Numbered from the stretch's first letter, positions 1 through 8,843 are shown. The stretch: DNA of 61,583 bases from Patescibacteria group bacterium UBA2196 (GCA_002328025.1 DCVE01000010.1:1-61583); one strand, 5' to 3'. Notes: generated by a model from the letters alone, not told the origin. Numbers and translations: made by a program.

Positions 1-1
1 T

Positions 2-700
2 CAATCCTGCTCCGCTCTTTGTTTGTTGGAAAATACTCTCTGTTATCAAAATATGGATGTTCTGATGGTTATGGATCGTTCTGGTTCAATGGGTTATGAC
101 AATCCCACTCGACTTTCTGAAGCTAAATCTGCTGCCAACGGTTTCTTAAGTAAGCTTGGAGCTGGTGATCAATCTGGTCTGGTTTCATTTGCCACCACTG
201 CCAGTCTAAACAAAACTCTTTCCAACTCGCATACAGCAACGCAATCCCAAATTAATAGTTTGGTCGCTGTGGGTGCCACCAATATTGGCGACTCAATCAA
301 AATGGCCAACGCTGAATTATCCTCCTCCAGAATTAATCCACTTGCAGAACAAATTATGATTTTATTAACCGACGGAAAAGCCAATAAACCCAACGGTCCA
401 GGTTATGGCGAATATGCGTCTGACGTAGCCTATGCTTTGGCCAAAGCTGATGAGGCCGCCTCTGCTGGTATAAAAATCTTTACCATTGGTTTGGGTTCTG
501 ACATAAACGCCACCATGTTGCAACAAATTGCCACCAAAACTGGCGGCACCTATTATTTTGCGCCCACTGCCAACGACTTGGATGAAATTTTTGACCAGAT
601 CACAACCGGCATCTGCCAAAAAATAGGTCAACTAAAAAATTGGTTTCACTCCTTGGGTTATAACTACCTACTCAAAGCCAAACCAGAGTATTTTGTCTAA
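2..700 (+). CDS. VWA (von Willebrand factor A) domain protein, N-terminus cut by window edge
   Basis: Frame open from nt 2; MIDAS motif DRSGSM, LLTDGKANKPNG and FTIGLGSD blocks; clear paralog of the VWA module in 1883..4861. Confidence 0.7.
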   Translation, partial: QSCSALCLLENTLCYQNMDVLMVMDRSGSMGYDNPTRLSEAKSAANGFLSKLGAGDQSGLVSFATTASLNKTLSNSHTATQSQINSLVAVGATNIGDSIKMANAELSSSRINPLAEQIMILLTDGKANKPNGPGYGEYASDVAYALAKADEAASAGIKIFTIGLGSDINATMLQQIATKTGGTYYFAPTANDLDEIFDQITTGICQKIGQLKNWFHSLGYNYLLKAKPEYFV

Positions 701-910
701 ACAATTTTATTCTCAAAAGTTAAATCTCTTACTGCGAAGTAAAAAAACAAAAACACACAAAACTTAATTTGACAAGTCTGCTTTTTAATTACTTTTTGCT
801 TTTCAGATATTTACTAACTACTATCTACTTGACAAGTTCGCACAAAAGCTTAAGATAAAATCATCACTTATCTAAGTACAAAACTCTTAATCCTAATATT
901 AAGCTAAAAT

Positions 911-1831
911 ATGAAAAAAATCTTTACAATTTTGTCAATTTTTGTTCTTTTATTTGTCACTTCTGCCCCTCAAGTCCTGGCCATTGGCCAAATAACCGAG
1001 CCTATTGTTATTAAGGATGGCTTACGCGGCCAAGAAATAGTTTCCACCCTTACCTTGCTCAACTCAGAAAAAACACAAAAAATCATTGGCATTGTAGCCG
1101 AGGGTCAAATTGCTGATTGGGCTAATTTTTATAACAAAGACGATAAAGACTACCAAACTCCCATCAAAGAAATAGCCATTGCGGCCGGACAGTATTTGGA
1201 CGTCGCGGTTTTATTAAAAATTCCAGCTGACACCGCCAACGGTGATTACGTGGGTGAAGTCTCTGTGGTTTATAATCCTGACCAAGCCACTTCCAAATCT
1301 GATGAATCATCTTCCACCGTGGCTCAAAAAATCAGCCGTGCGGTAAAAATTTCTGTCAGTGATAAAGAAAATATTTCTTTGGACGTTTCGGTTATTCCAA
1401 ATAAGTTTGATTATGCTCCCGGTGAAGCTTTAAATGTCAGAATTATTTATGACAACCAAAGCAATATTCTACTCAGCCCCTCAATTCAATTTAAAATTAA
1501 ACAGGACGACAAAACCATCTATAATGTAATTTATCCCTATCCGGAAAATGAAACCGCCGTGCGCTCCATGTCGCTGCACGAAATTCCAGCCATTAACCTT
1601 TCTTCTGACAATTTTGGCACTGGAAAATTTTTAGCCGAATTGACCTTTTTAAAAGGTGATCAAACCCTCACCACCAAAAATTTCAGTTTTTCCATTGGTA
1701 ACGCTGGTGTGGTCGCGGGTCTAAAAATCCTTAGCCCCAAATTTTTGTTACCCCTCGGCATTGGCATCGTGGTTTTAATTTTAATAATTTTTGCTGTTTT
1801 AAAAGTCAAAAAAATTATTAAAAATAAATAA
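911..1831 (+). CDS. secreted / C-terminally membrane-anchored hypothetical protein
   Basis: N-terminal signal-like hydrophobic segment (ILSIFVLLFVTSAPQVLA), C-terminal TM (LLPLGIGIVVLILIIFAVL) then KKIIKNK; lies between two VWA genes. Confidence 0.55.
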   Translation: MKKIFTILSIFVLLFVTSAPQVLAIGQITEPIVIKDGLRGQEIVSTLTLLNSEKTQKIIGIVAEGQIADWANFYNKDDKDYQTPIKEIAIAAGQYLDVAVLLKIPADTANGDYVGEVSVVYNPDQATSKSDESSSTVAQKISRAVKISVSDKENISLDVSVIPNKFDYAPGEALNVRIIYDNQSNILLSPSIQFKIKQDDKTIYNVIYPYPENETAVRSMSLHEIPAINLSSDNFGTGKFLAELTFLKGDQTLTTKNFSFSIGNAGVVAGLKILSPKFLLPLGIGIVVLILIIFAVLKVKKIIKNK

Positions 1832-1882
1832 AACAATAATTAGAACTTAAAATAATTAATCCCTGTGCTATAAAATATTCCT

Positions 1883-4861
1883 ATGCTGTCAAAAAAAACA
1901 ATTATCCCGTTTAGAAAAAACATAGCTCTCATCAGCACTTTGGCCATCGTGTTAAACTTGTTCGTGCCAAGTGCTTTTTTAGTTTCTAAGCCCCTAACCC
2001 ATGCCGAAATCCCAGGCATGTGCTCAGCGCCGGTTGATGTGGTTTTAATCATGGATCGTTCGGGCTCCATGGGTTACACCTCGCGTTGCGATTGGTGGCA
2101 GTTAAAATGTGTTGACAGCCCCACCTGCACTTCTTATAACTGGGTTTTAAACACTACTTATGATCAAACTAAAAGCTGGTGCGATGCAAAAACTCAATCT
2201 GCTCCACATCAATCTGTTTGGACCGAATATAATCCGACCAAAATAGAAGCTGCCCAAGACGCCGCTAAAAGTTTTTTAGATTCTATGGGTGACAATGATC
2301 AATCAGCTTTAGTTTCTTTTGCTACTAATGTGACTCTAGATAAAGGACTTTCTAATGATCATCTACAAACTAAAACGGCTATTGATAATATGGTAGTGGT
2401 TGGTGCCACCAATATTGGTGATGCTATTAGTTTGGGTTTTCAAGAATTAAATTCCGTGCGTTCTAAACCTCAAGCAGTCAAAGCCATGATTTTATTAACT
2501 GATGGCAAAGCCAATAAGCCCAATGGTTCTGGTAGCGGAGAAAATGCTACTGATGTTGCCTACGCCATTAGTAAAGCCAATGAAGCGGCTGCTTTAAATT
2601 ATAAAATTTTTACTGTTGGTCTGGGTAGTGATGGCGAAATAAATGAAACGATGTTACAACAAATTGCTAGTATTACTGGTGCTAATTACCATCACGCACC
2701 CAACGGTAGTGATTTAAGTGATATTTATAATCAAATCGCTTGGGAAGTCTGCCAATATGGCTCTATCGCCGGCTGTGTGTATAATGATCAAAACAATAAC
2801 GGAGCTATAGATTCTGGCGAACCAACTTTAAACAATTGGGAAATTACTTTAACTAATGGCGCCACTAATCAAACACAAACCTCAATTGGTGGCTGTTATA
2901 CATTTGCTGGTCTTGAAGATGATACTTACACAATTTCGGAAATAGTACCTAATGGTTGGCTACAAACTTATCCAACTAACGGTGCACACAGTATCACGAT
3001 TTCGGGGCACAATACTATTAATAATATAGATTTTGCTAATTATCAACCACTTTGTGGCAATCAAATTTTAGATGCTAATGAAATTTGTGAACTTGGCGAT
3101 ACCCAAATCTGTACAGCAGACTCTGGTCTTGGTGGTCTGCAAAGTTGTAATGATAGTTGTTCTGGCTGGGGCGCTTGTGTAGTAGCGGAAACATGTGGTG
3201 ATAATATTAAAAATGGTACAGAGGAATGCGATGGTCAAGATGGTATTGACGAACATCACTTTTGTAATTCAAATTGTATTTTAGAATATATTCCTTATTG
3301 CGGCGATGGTATAATTAATCAAACAACAGAAATGTGCGATAATGACATACCAATTACTTGCACCACTGATATTGGCTATGCGGGCACAAGTTCCTGCAAC
3401 AATGAGTGTGACTGGGATATTTGCCAACCAACTGAATTTTGCGGAGATGGTGTGAAAAACGGCCCAGAATTATGTGACGGCAGTGATGGTGTAGGCGCCA
3501 ATCAATCCTGCTCTAAAACTTGCTCTTTAATTAATTTACCTTATTGTGGTGACGGCATTATTAATCAAGCTTCAGAACAATGCGATGATAGCAATAATCT
3601 TGACGGCGATGGCTGTTCCGCCACCTGCCAAACCGAAACACCCCCGACTTGCACTTCATCTATTGCTGGCAAAAAATATAATGGCAATCAAGAAAATAGT
3701 GTTTTCTTACAAAACTGGCAAATTGAACTTTATAATGATGATCAGGTTTTAATCACCACCGCCACCACCAACACTGAAGGTCGCTATGTTTTTGAAAACC
3801 TATGCGCTGGAACTTACATCCTCAAAGAAGTTCAACAAACTGGCTGGCAACAAATTTTTCCTGTGGATGAAAACAAAAAACCAATTTTTTATACTGACAC
3901 AATCACCAATGAAAATACAAAATTAAATAACCGTGATTTTAGCAACATACAAACAAGTTCAATCACTGGTTTTGTTTATAATGATGCTGATGGTCTAACC
4001 ACCACCACCACTGATCGCAGTGGTCTAAACAATTGGCTTGTTAATTTATTTGTCGGAACTGCCACCACCACTCTGGCCACCACATCTACCAACTCGGCTG
4101 GTCATTTTGAGTTTAATAACTTACTGCCCGACAGCTACAATTTAACACAAATCTTATTAACCAACTGGACGCAAATCAGCACTCCGGCCACCATCACCCT
4201 AGCTGCCAACACAACCTCGGCCGATAACAATTTTGTTAACTACTATACCGGTGGTAGCGGTGGCGATGACGCTGTCTGTGGCAACAACATCAAAGAAAGC
4301 GAAGAAGCTTGCGACGGCACTGACGGCCTAACTGTTGGCTATCACTGCACCGACATCTGCACCTTAGAAGCCGATACTCCACCAACTGGTGGCGGTGGCG
4401 GACCCACTGCCAATGTTTGTAATGATGGGATTTTAAATAATCAAACCGAAGAATGTGATGGTATTTTTGGCACACCAGCCGGCTATACCTGCACCAACAC
4501 TTGTAAATTACAAAAAAACAATCTCACCACTCCCAGCACAGGCGACACCAACACCAATGACAATACCTCTGGTGGCAGCACCAACCTACCAACCCCTGAA
4601 GATAATAACCGTCCGGGCAAAATTGGCAGTGGTATAGCTATTATAGCCCCCACTGTGGCTGGTGAATACGTTAAAGAAGAACCACAAAAATTACCACAAG
4701 TGCCAACTGAAATGGTTTTTGGTGCGGAAACTACCTGTCCATTGTGTGGCTGGCTCAACTGGTTAATCGTAGCTCTGCTCGCGCTGGTCAATTGCGCGCT
4801 CTATTACTACATCTATCGCCAACGTTTAAACAACGACGAAATCAATAATAAAAAAATTTAG
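1883..4861 (+). CDS. large cell-surface protein: VWA domain + SdrD/Cna-B-like repeats + 7 Cys-rich CGDG-type repeats + C-terminal TM anchor
   Basis: DRSGSMGY MIDAS motif; repeats such as CGDGIINQASEQCDDSNNLDGDGCSATC (myxococcal cysteine-rich repeat type); YNDQNNNG.. B-type folds; terminal hydrophobic helix LIVALLALVNCALYYYIY. Confidence 0.8.
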   Translation: MLSKKTIIPFRKNIALISTLAIVLNLFVPSAFLVSKPLTHAEIPGMCSAPVDVVLIMDRSGSMGYTSRCDWWQLKCVDSPTCTSYNWVLNTTYDQTKSWCDAKTQSAPHQSVWTEYNPTKIEAAQDAAKSFLDSMGDNDQSALVSFATNVTLDKGLSNDHLQTKTAIDNMVVVGATNIGDAISLGFQELNSVRSKPQAVKAMILLTDGKANKPNGSGSGENATDVAYAISKANEAAALNYKIFTVGLGSDGEINETMLQQIASITGANYHHAPNGSDLSDIYNQIAWEVCQYGSIAGCVYNDQNNNGAIDSGEPTLNNWEITLTNGATNQTQTSIGGCYTFAGLEDDTYTISEIVPNGWLQTYPTNGAHSITISGHNTINNIDFANYQPLCGNQILDANEICELGDTQICTADSGLGGLQSCNDSCSGWGACVVAETCGDNIKNGTEECDGQDGIDEHHFCNSNCILEYIPYCGDGIINQTTEMCDNDIPITCTTDIGYAGTSSCNNECDWDICQPTEFCGDGVKNGPELCDGSDGVGANQSCSKTCSLINLPYCGDGIINQASEQCDDSNNLDGDGCSATCQTETPPTCTSSIAGKKYNGNQENSVFLQNWQIELYNDDQVLITTATTNTEGRYVFENLCAGTYILKEVQQTGWQQIFPVDENKKPIFYTDTITNENTKLNNRDFSNIQTSSITGFVYNDADGLTTTTTDRSGLNNWLVNLFVGTATTTLATTSTNSAGHFEFNNLLPDSYNLTQILLTNWTQISTPATITLAANTTSADNNFVNYYTGGSGGDDAVCGNNIKESEEACDGTDGLTVGYHCTDICTLEADTPPTGGGGGPTANVCNDGILNNQTEECDGIFGTPAGYTCTNTCKLQKNNLTTPSTGDTNTNDNTSGGSTNLPTPEDNNRPGKIGSGIAIIAPTVAGEYVKEEPQKLPQVPTEMVFGAETTCPLCGWLNWLIVALLALVNCALYYYIYRQRLNNDEINNKKI

Positions 4862-4884
4862 TCTATAGTCTCTCATCTTAAAGC

Positions 4885-4920
4885 TCCCCTCATTTATAAG
4901 GAGGGGGCTAGGGGGAGGTA
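4885..4920. repeat. GC-rich C5/G5 hairpin element downstream of the large surface-protein gene
   Basis: TCCCCTC..GAGGGGG stem then CTAGGGGGAGG; related motif at 13029..13080. Confidence 0.4.
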
Positions 4921-4942
4921 AATAATTAGAAACTATATCCTT

Positions 4943-5386
4943 ATGGATAATCAACAACCAACAATTCAATTTGAAAAACCCAAAAAGAAAAATTTCTGGC
5001 CGCTCTTTGGTTCATTGGCCATAGTTACAACAACGGCTGTAATAATTTTTATTCTAACTCATTATTGCGTTCTTCAACCCAAGTGGCTGCTCTTATTTTT
5101 ATTGATTGATTATCTGGTGCTCTTAGCCACCAACTACGTTACTTGGTTTAAAAATAAACGTTGGATTTTTACTTTGTTTTTAACCTTAATGCCAACCCTG
5201 CTTTTGGTAGTCACTCATCCGTGGGGTCTGTGGTTTTGGGTTTTACTTATTATTTTATATCTCATTACTTTATTACAGTATTTTATCAAGTCCATTACCC
5301 CCAACGCTTGGTCAGTTATTATCCCCCTCACCTTGCTTGTCGCGCTCATGATTTTTAAACTGCAACGCTTTAACTGCCTTGGTTAA
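4943..5386 (+). CDS. integral membrane protein (about 4 TM), function unknown
   Basis: 147-aa ORF made mostly of hydrophobic helices. Confidence 0.5.
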   Translation: MDNQQPTIQFEKPKKKNFWPLFGSLAIVTTTAVIIFILTHYCVLQPKWLLLFLLIDYLVLLATNYVTWFKNKRWIFTLFLTLMPTLLLVVTHPWGLWFWVLLIILYLITLLQYFIKSITPNAWSVIIPLTLLVALMIFKLQRFNCLG

Positions 5387-5420
5387 CAATACTCTATTCA
5401 ACTCTATATCTTATAACCCA

Positions 5421-5453
5421 AAAACCGCCCCAGGCTTGCCCAGGAGCGGTTTT
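5421..5453. terminator. bidirectional GC-rich hairpin terminator
   Basis: AAAACCGCCCCAGG..CCCAGGAGCGGTTTT; A-run before and T-run after, so it can terminate both convergent units. Confidence 0.55.
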
Positions 5454-5590
5454 AAGTTTAGAGACAATTTTATTCCTCTATTGAGCTACGGACCGATTCA
5501 TGGCGCACGCAGAGCCACACTGGCACTGTCCAGACGAACAACTGCCACCACAGGCAACTTTTGCTCCGCAACCACCCCTTTTCTTTCACA
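5421..5590 (-). ncRNA. candidate orphan structured small RNA (class not recognised)
   Basis: Extended -10 TGCTACAAT at 5594..5602 (minus), about 165 nt visibly G+C-rich sequence with several local hairpins, ends in the 5421..5453 terminator; no SD-led ORF. Confidence 0.3.
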
Positions 5591-5593
5591 GCC

Positions 5594-5602
5594 ATTGTAG
5601 CA
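5594..5602 (-). promoter_or_regulatory. extended -10 promoter element TGCTACAAT
   Basis: Same TGnTAnAAT form as other promoters in this window (e.g. TGCTATAAT at 46481..46489). Confidence 0.35.
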
Positions 5603-5695
5603 CACTTAAAACTAAAATCATTATTTTATAGCATAAAAAAACCGACAAGTGTTGAAAACCCCGCCGGTATATTCTTGAATTATGTCCTCCCATAT

Positions 5696-6952
5696 TTAAG
5701 CGTTAATTTCTAAAAGAGAAGGCTGAATTTTTTTTAGAAACTCCCTGGGACAGAGGCTATCCGGTTTCACCCCCGCGTAATATGGACACGCTCCAGCACA
5801 AACCGGAAGAAACTGACACTCTCGGCATTTTTCCGATAGCCCATCAAAATAGGCGTCCGAATTTTTGCCAACCAGCCCATCCCTCACATGCCCAGTGGCA
5901 CATTCTATCTGACCCAAGAGTGATTCACAATCATATAGGTTACCCAATGGGTCTATTATAAAACTCCACCGCCGGCGTTTGTAGCACACCGGCCCGAAAC
6001 TATATATCTCGGGTATCCCCTTGATACTTTTTTTCTTCATAAACTCAAAAAAATCAAGAAAAATTTCTGCTATCCTAGGGTCATAGGATGGCATTTCCTC
6101 ACCCTCCTTTGCTAGGGAGGCATTAACAACCGCCAACCGTATTACAAACTGTTTTTTAGTTGTCAGCCCAACCTCCTTTAAAAACATCAGGAGAGCCTTT
6201 GTATCCTCCGGGTCTTTAATATTAATGTGTACCCGGATTGTAACTTGTTCAGGGACACAGCCGACATCATTCATACCCAGCAAGTTACTAATAATTTTTA
6301 TAAACGTCGGCCCGCCCCCTTTGGTGACCCTTACCTGGTCATGTATTTCTTTCGTCCCCTCCAGTGTTACCTGCAGATGCTTCCAGTGAAAGAGACTGAG
6401 AAACCTTGCCTTAGTCGGAGTCAAGAGTTGACCGTTACTGGTCATCTCAACTTCCAACCTGACACGGTGTTTATTACAGATCTCTTGCACCATTGGCAAG
6501 AGTTTTTTAATAACTCTCCAACCCAACATGGGTTCTCCGCCAATAAACTCCAACGAGACAACCTCAAAACTATTCTGCTTCAAGCACTCATCCAGTGCTT
6601 TGCAAAACAGGTCAATGACTTGGTCGGACATCGCTTTGCCACATTTGACATCCCCCGGCTCATAACAATAAGGGCAACGATTATTGCACCTCATTGTTGG
6701 AGCCAACAAAACTATTAAACACTTTTCATTGTTAGCTCTTTTTTTTATCTGAGCCAAAGCAGTATTTTTTTCCTCTCCGCCCGCATCTTCTACCACAAAC
6801 CCATCCCCGGCCAATTCTGTGAGAAGATCTGGTCTGACGGCATCCGCAGAACCGCTGAAGTCTACTTCTCCCGACTCAGGCTGAACTATGACGCCGGTCA
6901 GGAGATTGCAAACGCAATCTCCACTCAACACATTATATCTTGACCACTGCAT
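5696..6952 (-). CDS. radical SAM / SPASM-domain enzyme (peptide-maturase-like)
   Basis: CX3CX2C cluster CNNRCPYC, GGE-type motif FIGGEPML, C-terminal Cys cluster CRECQFLPVCAGACPY; N-terminal about 85-aa extension starting SRYNVL..NLLTG as in peptide-modifying SPASM enzymes; start placed at ATG 6952 behind GGGAGGTGG. Confidence 0.85.
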   Translation of the reverse strand: MQWSRYNVLSGDCVCNLLTGVIVQPESGEVDFSGSADAVRPDLLTELAGDGFVVEDAGGEEKNTALAQIKKRANNEKCLIVLLAPTMRCNNRCPYCYEPGDVKCGKAMSDQVIDLFCKALDECLKQNSFEVVSLEFIGGEPMLGWRVIKKLLPMVQEICNKHRVRLEVEMTSNGQLLTPTKARFLSLFHWKHLQVTLEGTKEIHDQVRVTKGGGPTFIKIISNLLGMNDVGCVPEQVTIRVHINIKDPEDTKALLMFLKEVGLTTKKQFVIRLAVVNASLAKEGEEMPSYDPRIAEIFLDFFEFMKKKSIKGIPEIYSFGPVCYKRRRWSFIIDPLGNLYDCESLLGQIECATGHVRDGLVGKNSDAYFDGLSEKCRECQFLPVCAGACPYYAGVKPDSLCPREFLKKIQPSLLEINA

Positions 6953-7002
6953 ACCACCTCCCAATATTTTTTCTTGTCAATATATTTAAAAAAAACTTTA
7001 TC

Positions 7003-7038
7003 AAAAAAAGATGGGGAAAGTTTTTTAACACTTTCCCC
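7003..7038 (-). terminator. intrinsic terminator/attenuator between micro-ORF and radical SAM gene
   Basis: Minus strand GGGGAAAG-loop-CTTTCCCC followed by T7. Confidence 0.6.
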
Positions 7039-7061
7039 TTCCGAGTTCGTCACTTTCTAGA

Positions 7062-7112
7062 CTAGTGACGATTCGGACACTTGTCACAACCTGCTACTTT
7101 TTTTTTCGTCAA
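7062..7112 (-). CDS. candidate 16-aa micro-ORF MTKKKVAGCDKCPNRH (possible precursor or leader peptide)
   Basis: Strong SD GGAAGGGAGGTG; TTG start 9 nt after GGAGG; two Cys codons; stop sits inside a 7-bp hairpin (7048..7070), then a terminator; directly upstream of the rSAM/SPASM gene. Confidence 0.3.
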   Translation of the reverse strand: MTKKKVAGCDKCPNRH

Positions 7113-7166
7113 TCCGCATCACCTCCCTTCCTTTTTAGATTATTTATCTAATCACATAAATTTAAT

Positions 7167-8801
7167 TTAGTCAAACTTTTCTAGCTCAACCAAATTAAGA
7201 CCGTTTTCATCTAATTCAAAAACTCTTTCTCCCAATTCTTGGATAAAAGCTCGGTCATGTGTTACTGCTATGGTTGCTCCAGGAAATTCTCTCAAAGCCT
7301 CGCGTAAAACAGGTGCAGACAAAGGTGATAAATTACGTGTTGGCTCATCCAAAACCAAAATATTCTTTCCAGAAAACGTCAACATCAATAAAATTAATTT
7401 TGCTTTCTGTCCGCCACTTAATTCAGAAACCTTTTGCAGCATTTCATCAGGAGTGAATTTCATTCTCCCCATCATTTTCCTAGCCTCAGTTTGACTTGTC
7501 TTTTCATCTGTTAAATATTCAACGGCCATTTTGCTTGGATCAGTTAATATCTCATTATAGTCTTGTGGAAAATAGGCTGGTTCTAGTCCTTTTTCTCGCA
7601 TATTTTTCAATATTTCTTTCAACAGTGTGGTTTTACCAGAACCATTTTTACCAATTATAATATCAATTCCTGGGCCATTTTTTGTATAGTCTATTTTTTT
7701 TGCACATAGTATTTTTTTATCACCCTCCAAACCAATCTCTAGCTCTGGCAAATGCAAATCAACCACTATCTTGCCTTGCGGAAATACAGCTGTTTCTGGA
7801 AATTCAAATTTTATTCCTTCTTCAACATCTGGTCTATCTGTCAATTTTGCGTCTAATATTTTTTCCTCTCTCCTAGCTAGACCAGACTCTTTTTTAGCCA
7901 TCGTTCTTCGCATGGTAGCATCTTTTATGTTTTCAGCCTGACCATGCACACCAGCCTTTATGTGTCTCAGTATTTTTAAACCTTCTTTCTTTTTTCTACG
8001 CTCTAACATTGCCCGTAATTCTTGCCTTTCAGTCGCCACGTTTCTTCCCTCAACGTATGTACGGTAGCCCACGTTGGCCACAGTACTTTGAGCTACTGAT
8101 TTTCTTTTCTGTTGCTCTAAGTGTATTATTCTGTCAGCGGTGTTAGCCAACAGATATTCATCATGCGAAATAAATATTACGCCAACGTTAGTATTTCTTA
8201 TAAAATCTTCCATCCATTCTATTGTTTCCAAATCTAAATTGTTAGTCGGCTCATCCAAAACCAAAAAGTTTGGCTCCTGCCACAACAGCTTGGCTATCTG
8301 CAATTTAACTTTTTCGCCACCAGATAGCTTATCAATAGTCAGTTCATTATCTATAATTTTCGGATCAAGGCCCACCTCTGTCATAACTGCTTGTATTTTT
8401 GATATATCATTATATCTTTCATAATCTATTTGTCCTTTCGGTTCATCTTTTATAAAAAAATCAACCACACTACAACTTGACCATTCTTCTGACAAAGCCT
8501 GTGGCAGATAGCCAATCTTACTGTCTCCTCGTTCCACAGCGCCAGACACACTAAAACCTTCTGGTAATTTTTCTCCAGCTATAATTTTTGCTAGCGTTGA
8601 TTTACCGTTTCCCTCTTCGCCAATAATAGCTATCTTGTCACCGGATTTAAAGTTAAATTTAATATCTTTTATTAATTCTCTTCCGCCCGGAGCTTCTATT
8701 GAATCAACCTCTGCTTTAATAATTTGCCCAACGTTTTGCTCTTGTTTTTCAAAAACAAAGGGTTTTTCAGTATTAATTATTCTGGTTGATTTTCGCAGCA
8801 T
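7167..8801 (-). CDS. ABC-F family ATPase (two ABC domains, no TM domain)
   Basis: Walker A GEEGNGKST and GKNGSGKTT, signatures LSGGEKVK and LSGGQKAK, charged inter-domain linker. Confidence 0.85.
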   Translation of the reverse strand: MLRKSTRIINTEKPFVFEKQEQNVGQIIKAEVDSIEAPGGRELIKDIKFNFKSGDKIAIIGEEGNGKSTLAKIIAGEKLPEGFSVSGAVERGDSKIGYLPQALSEEWSSCSVVDFFIKDEPKGQIDYERYNDISKIQAVMTEVGLDPKIIDNELTIDKLSGGEKVKLQIAKLLWQEPNFLVLDEPTNNLDLETIEWMEDFIRNTNVGVIFISHDEYLLANTADRIIHLEQQKRKSVAQSTVANVGYRTYVEGRNVATERQELRAMLERRKKKEGLKILRHIKAGVHGQAENIKDATMRRTMAKKESGLARREEKILDAKLTDRPDVEEGIKFEFPETAVFPQGKIVVDLHLPELEIGLEGDKKILCAKKIDYTKNGPGIDIIIGKNGSGKTTLLKEILKNMREKGLEPAYFPQDYNEILTDPSKMAVEYLTDEKTSQTEARKMMGRMKFTPDEMLQKVSELSGGQKAKLILLMLTFSGKNILVLDEPTRNLSPLSAPVLREALREFPGATIAVTHDRAFIQELGERVFELDENGLNLVELEKFD

Positions 8802-8843
8802 GCTTTTTGTTTATTAATTTAAATTATTTCTGAATTATATATT

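Noticed and set aside
5379-5600. 73-aa + strand ORF and a 42-codon Trp-rich minus-strand ORF in the G+C-rich spacer
   Set aside because: Neither has an SD. The composition is unlike neighbouring genes, and the region is bounded by a promoter-like element and a terminator, so an RNA is more likely. Kept only as an alternative in the findings.
6227-6718. 163-aa + strand ORF inside the radical SAM gene
   Set aside because: It is an antisense shadow of a gene with clear rSAM/SPASM motifs and has no motifs of its own.
7084-7119. ATG-initiated 11-codon ORF MRIDEKKSSRL upstream of the radical SAM gene
   Set aside because: It is short and Cys-free and ends before the hairpins. The overlapping TTG frame has better SD spacing and carries the Cys residues. 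It is retained only in connection with the A9 slippage idea.
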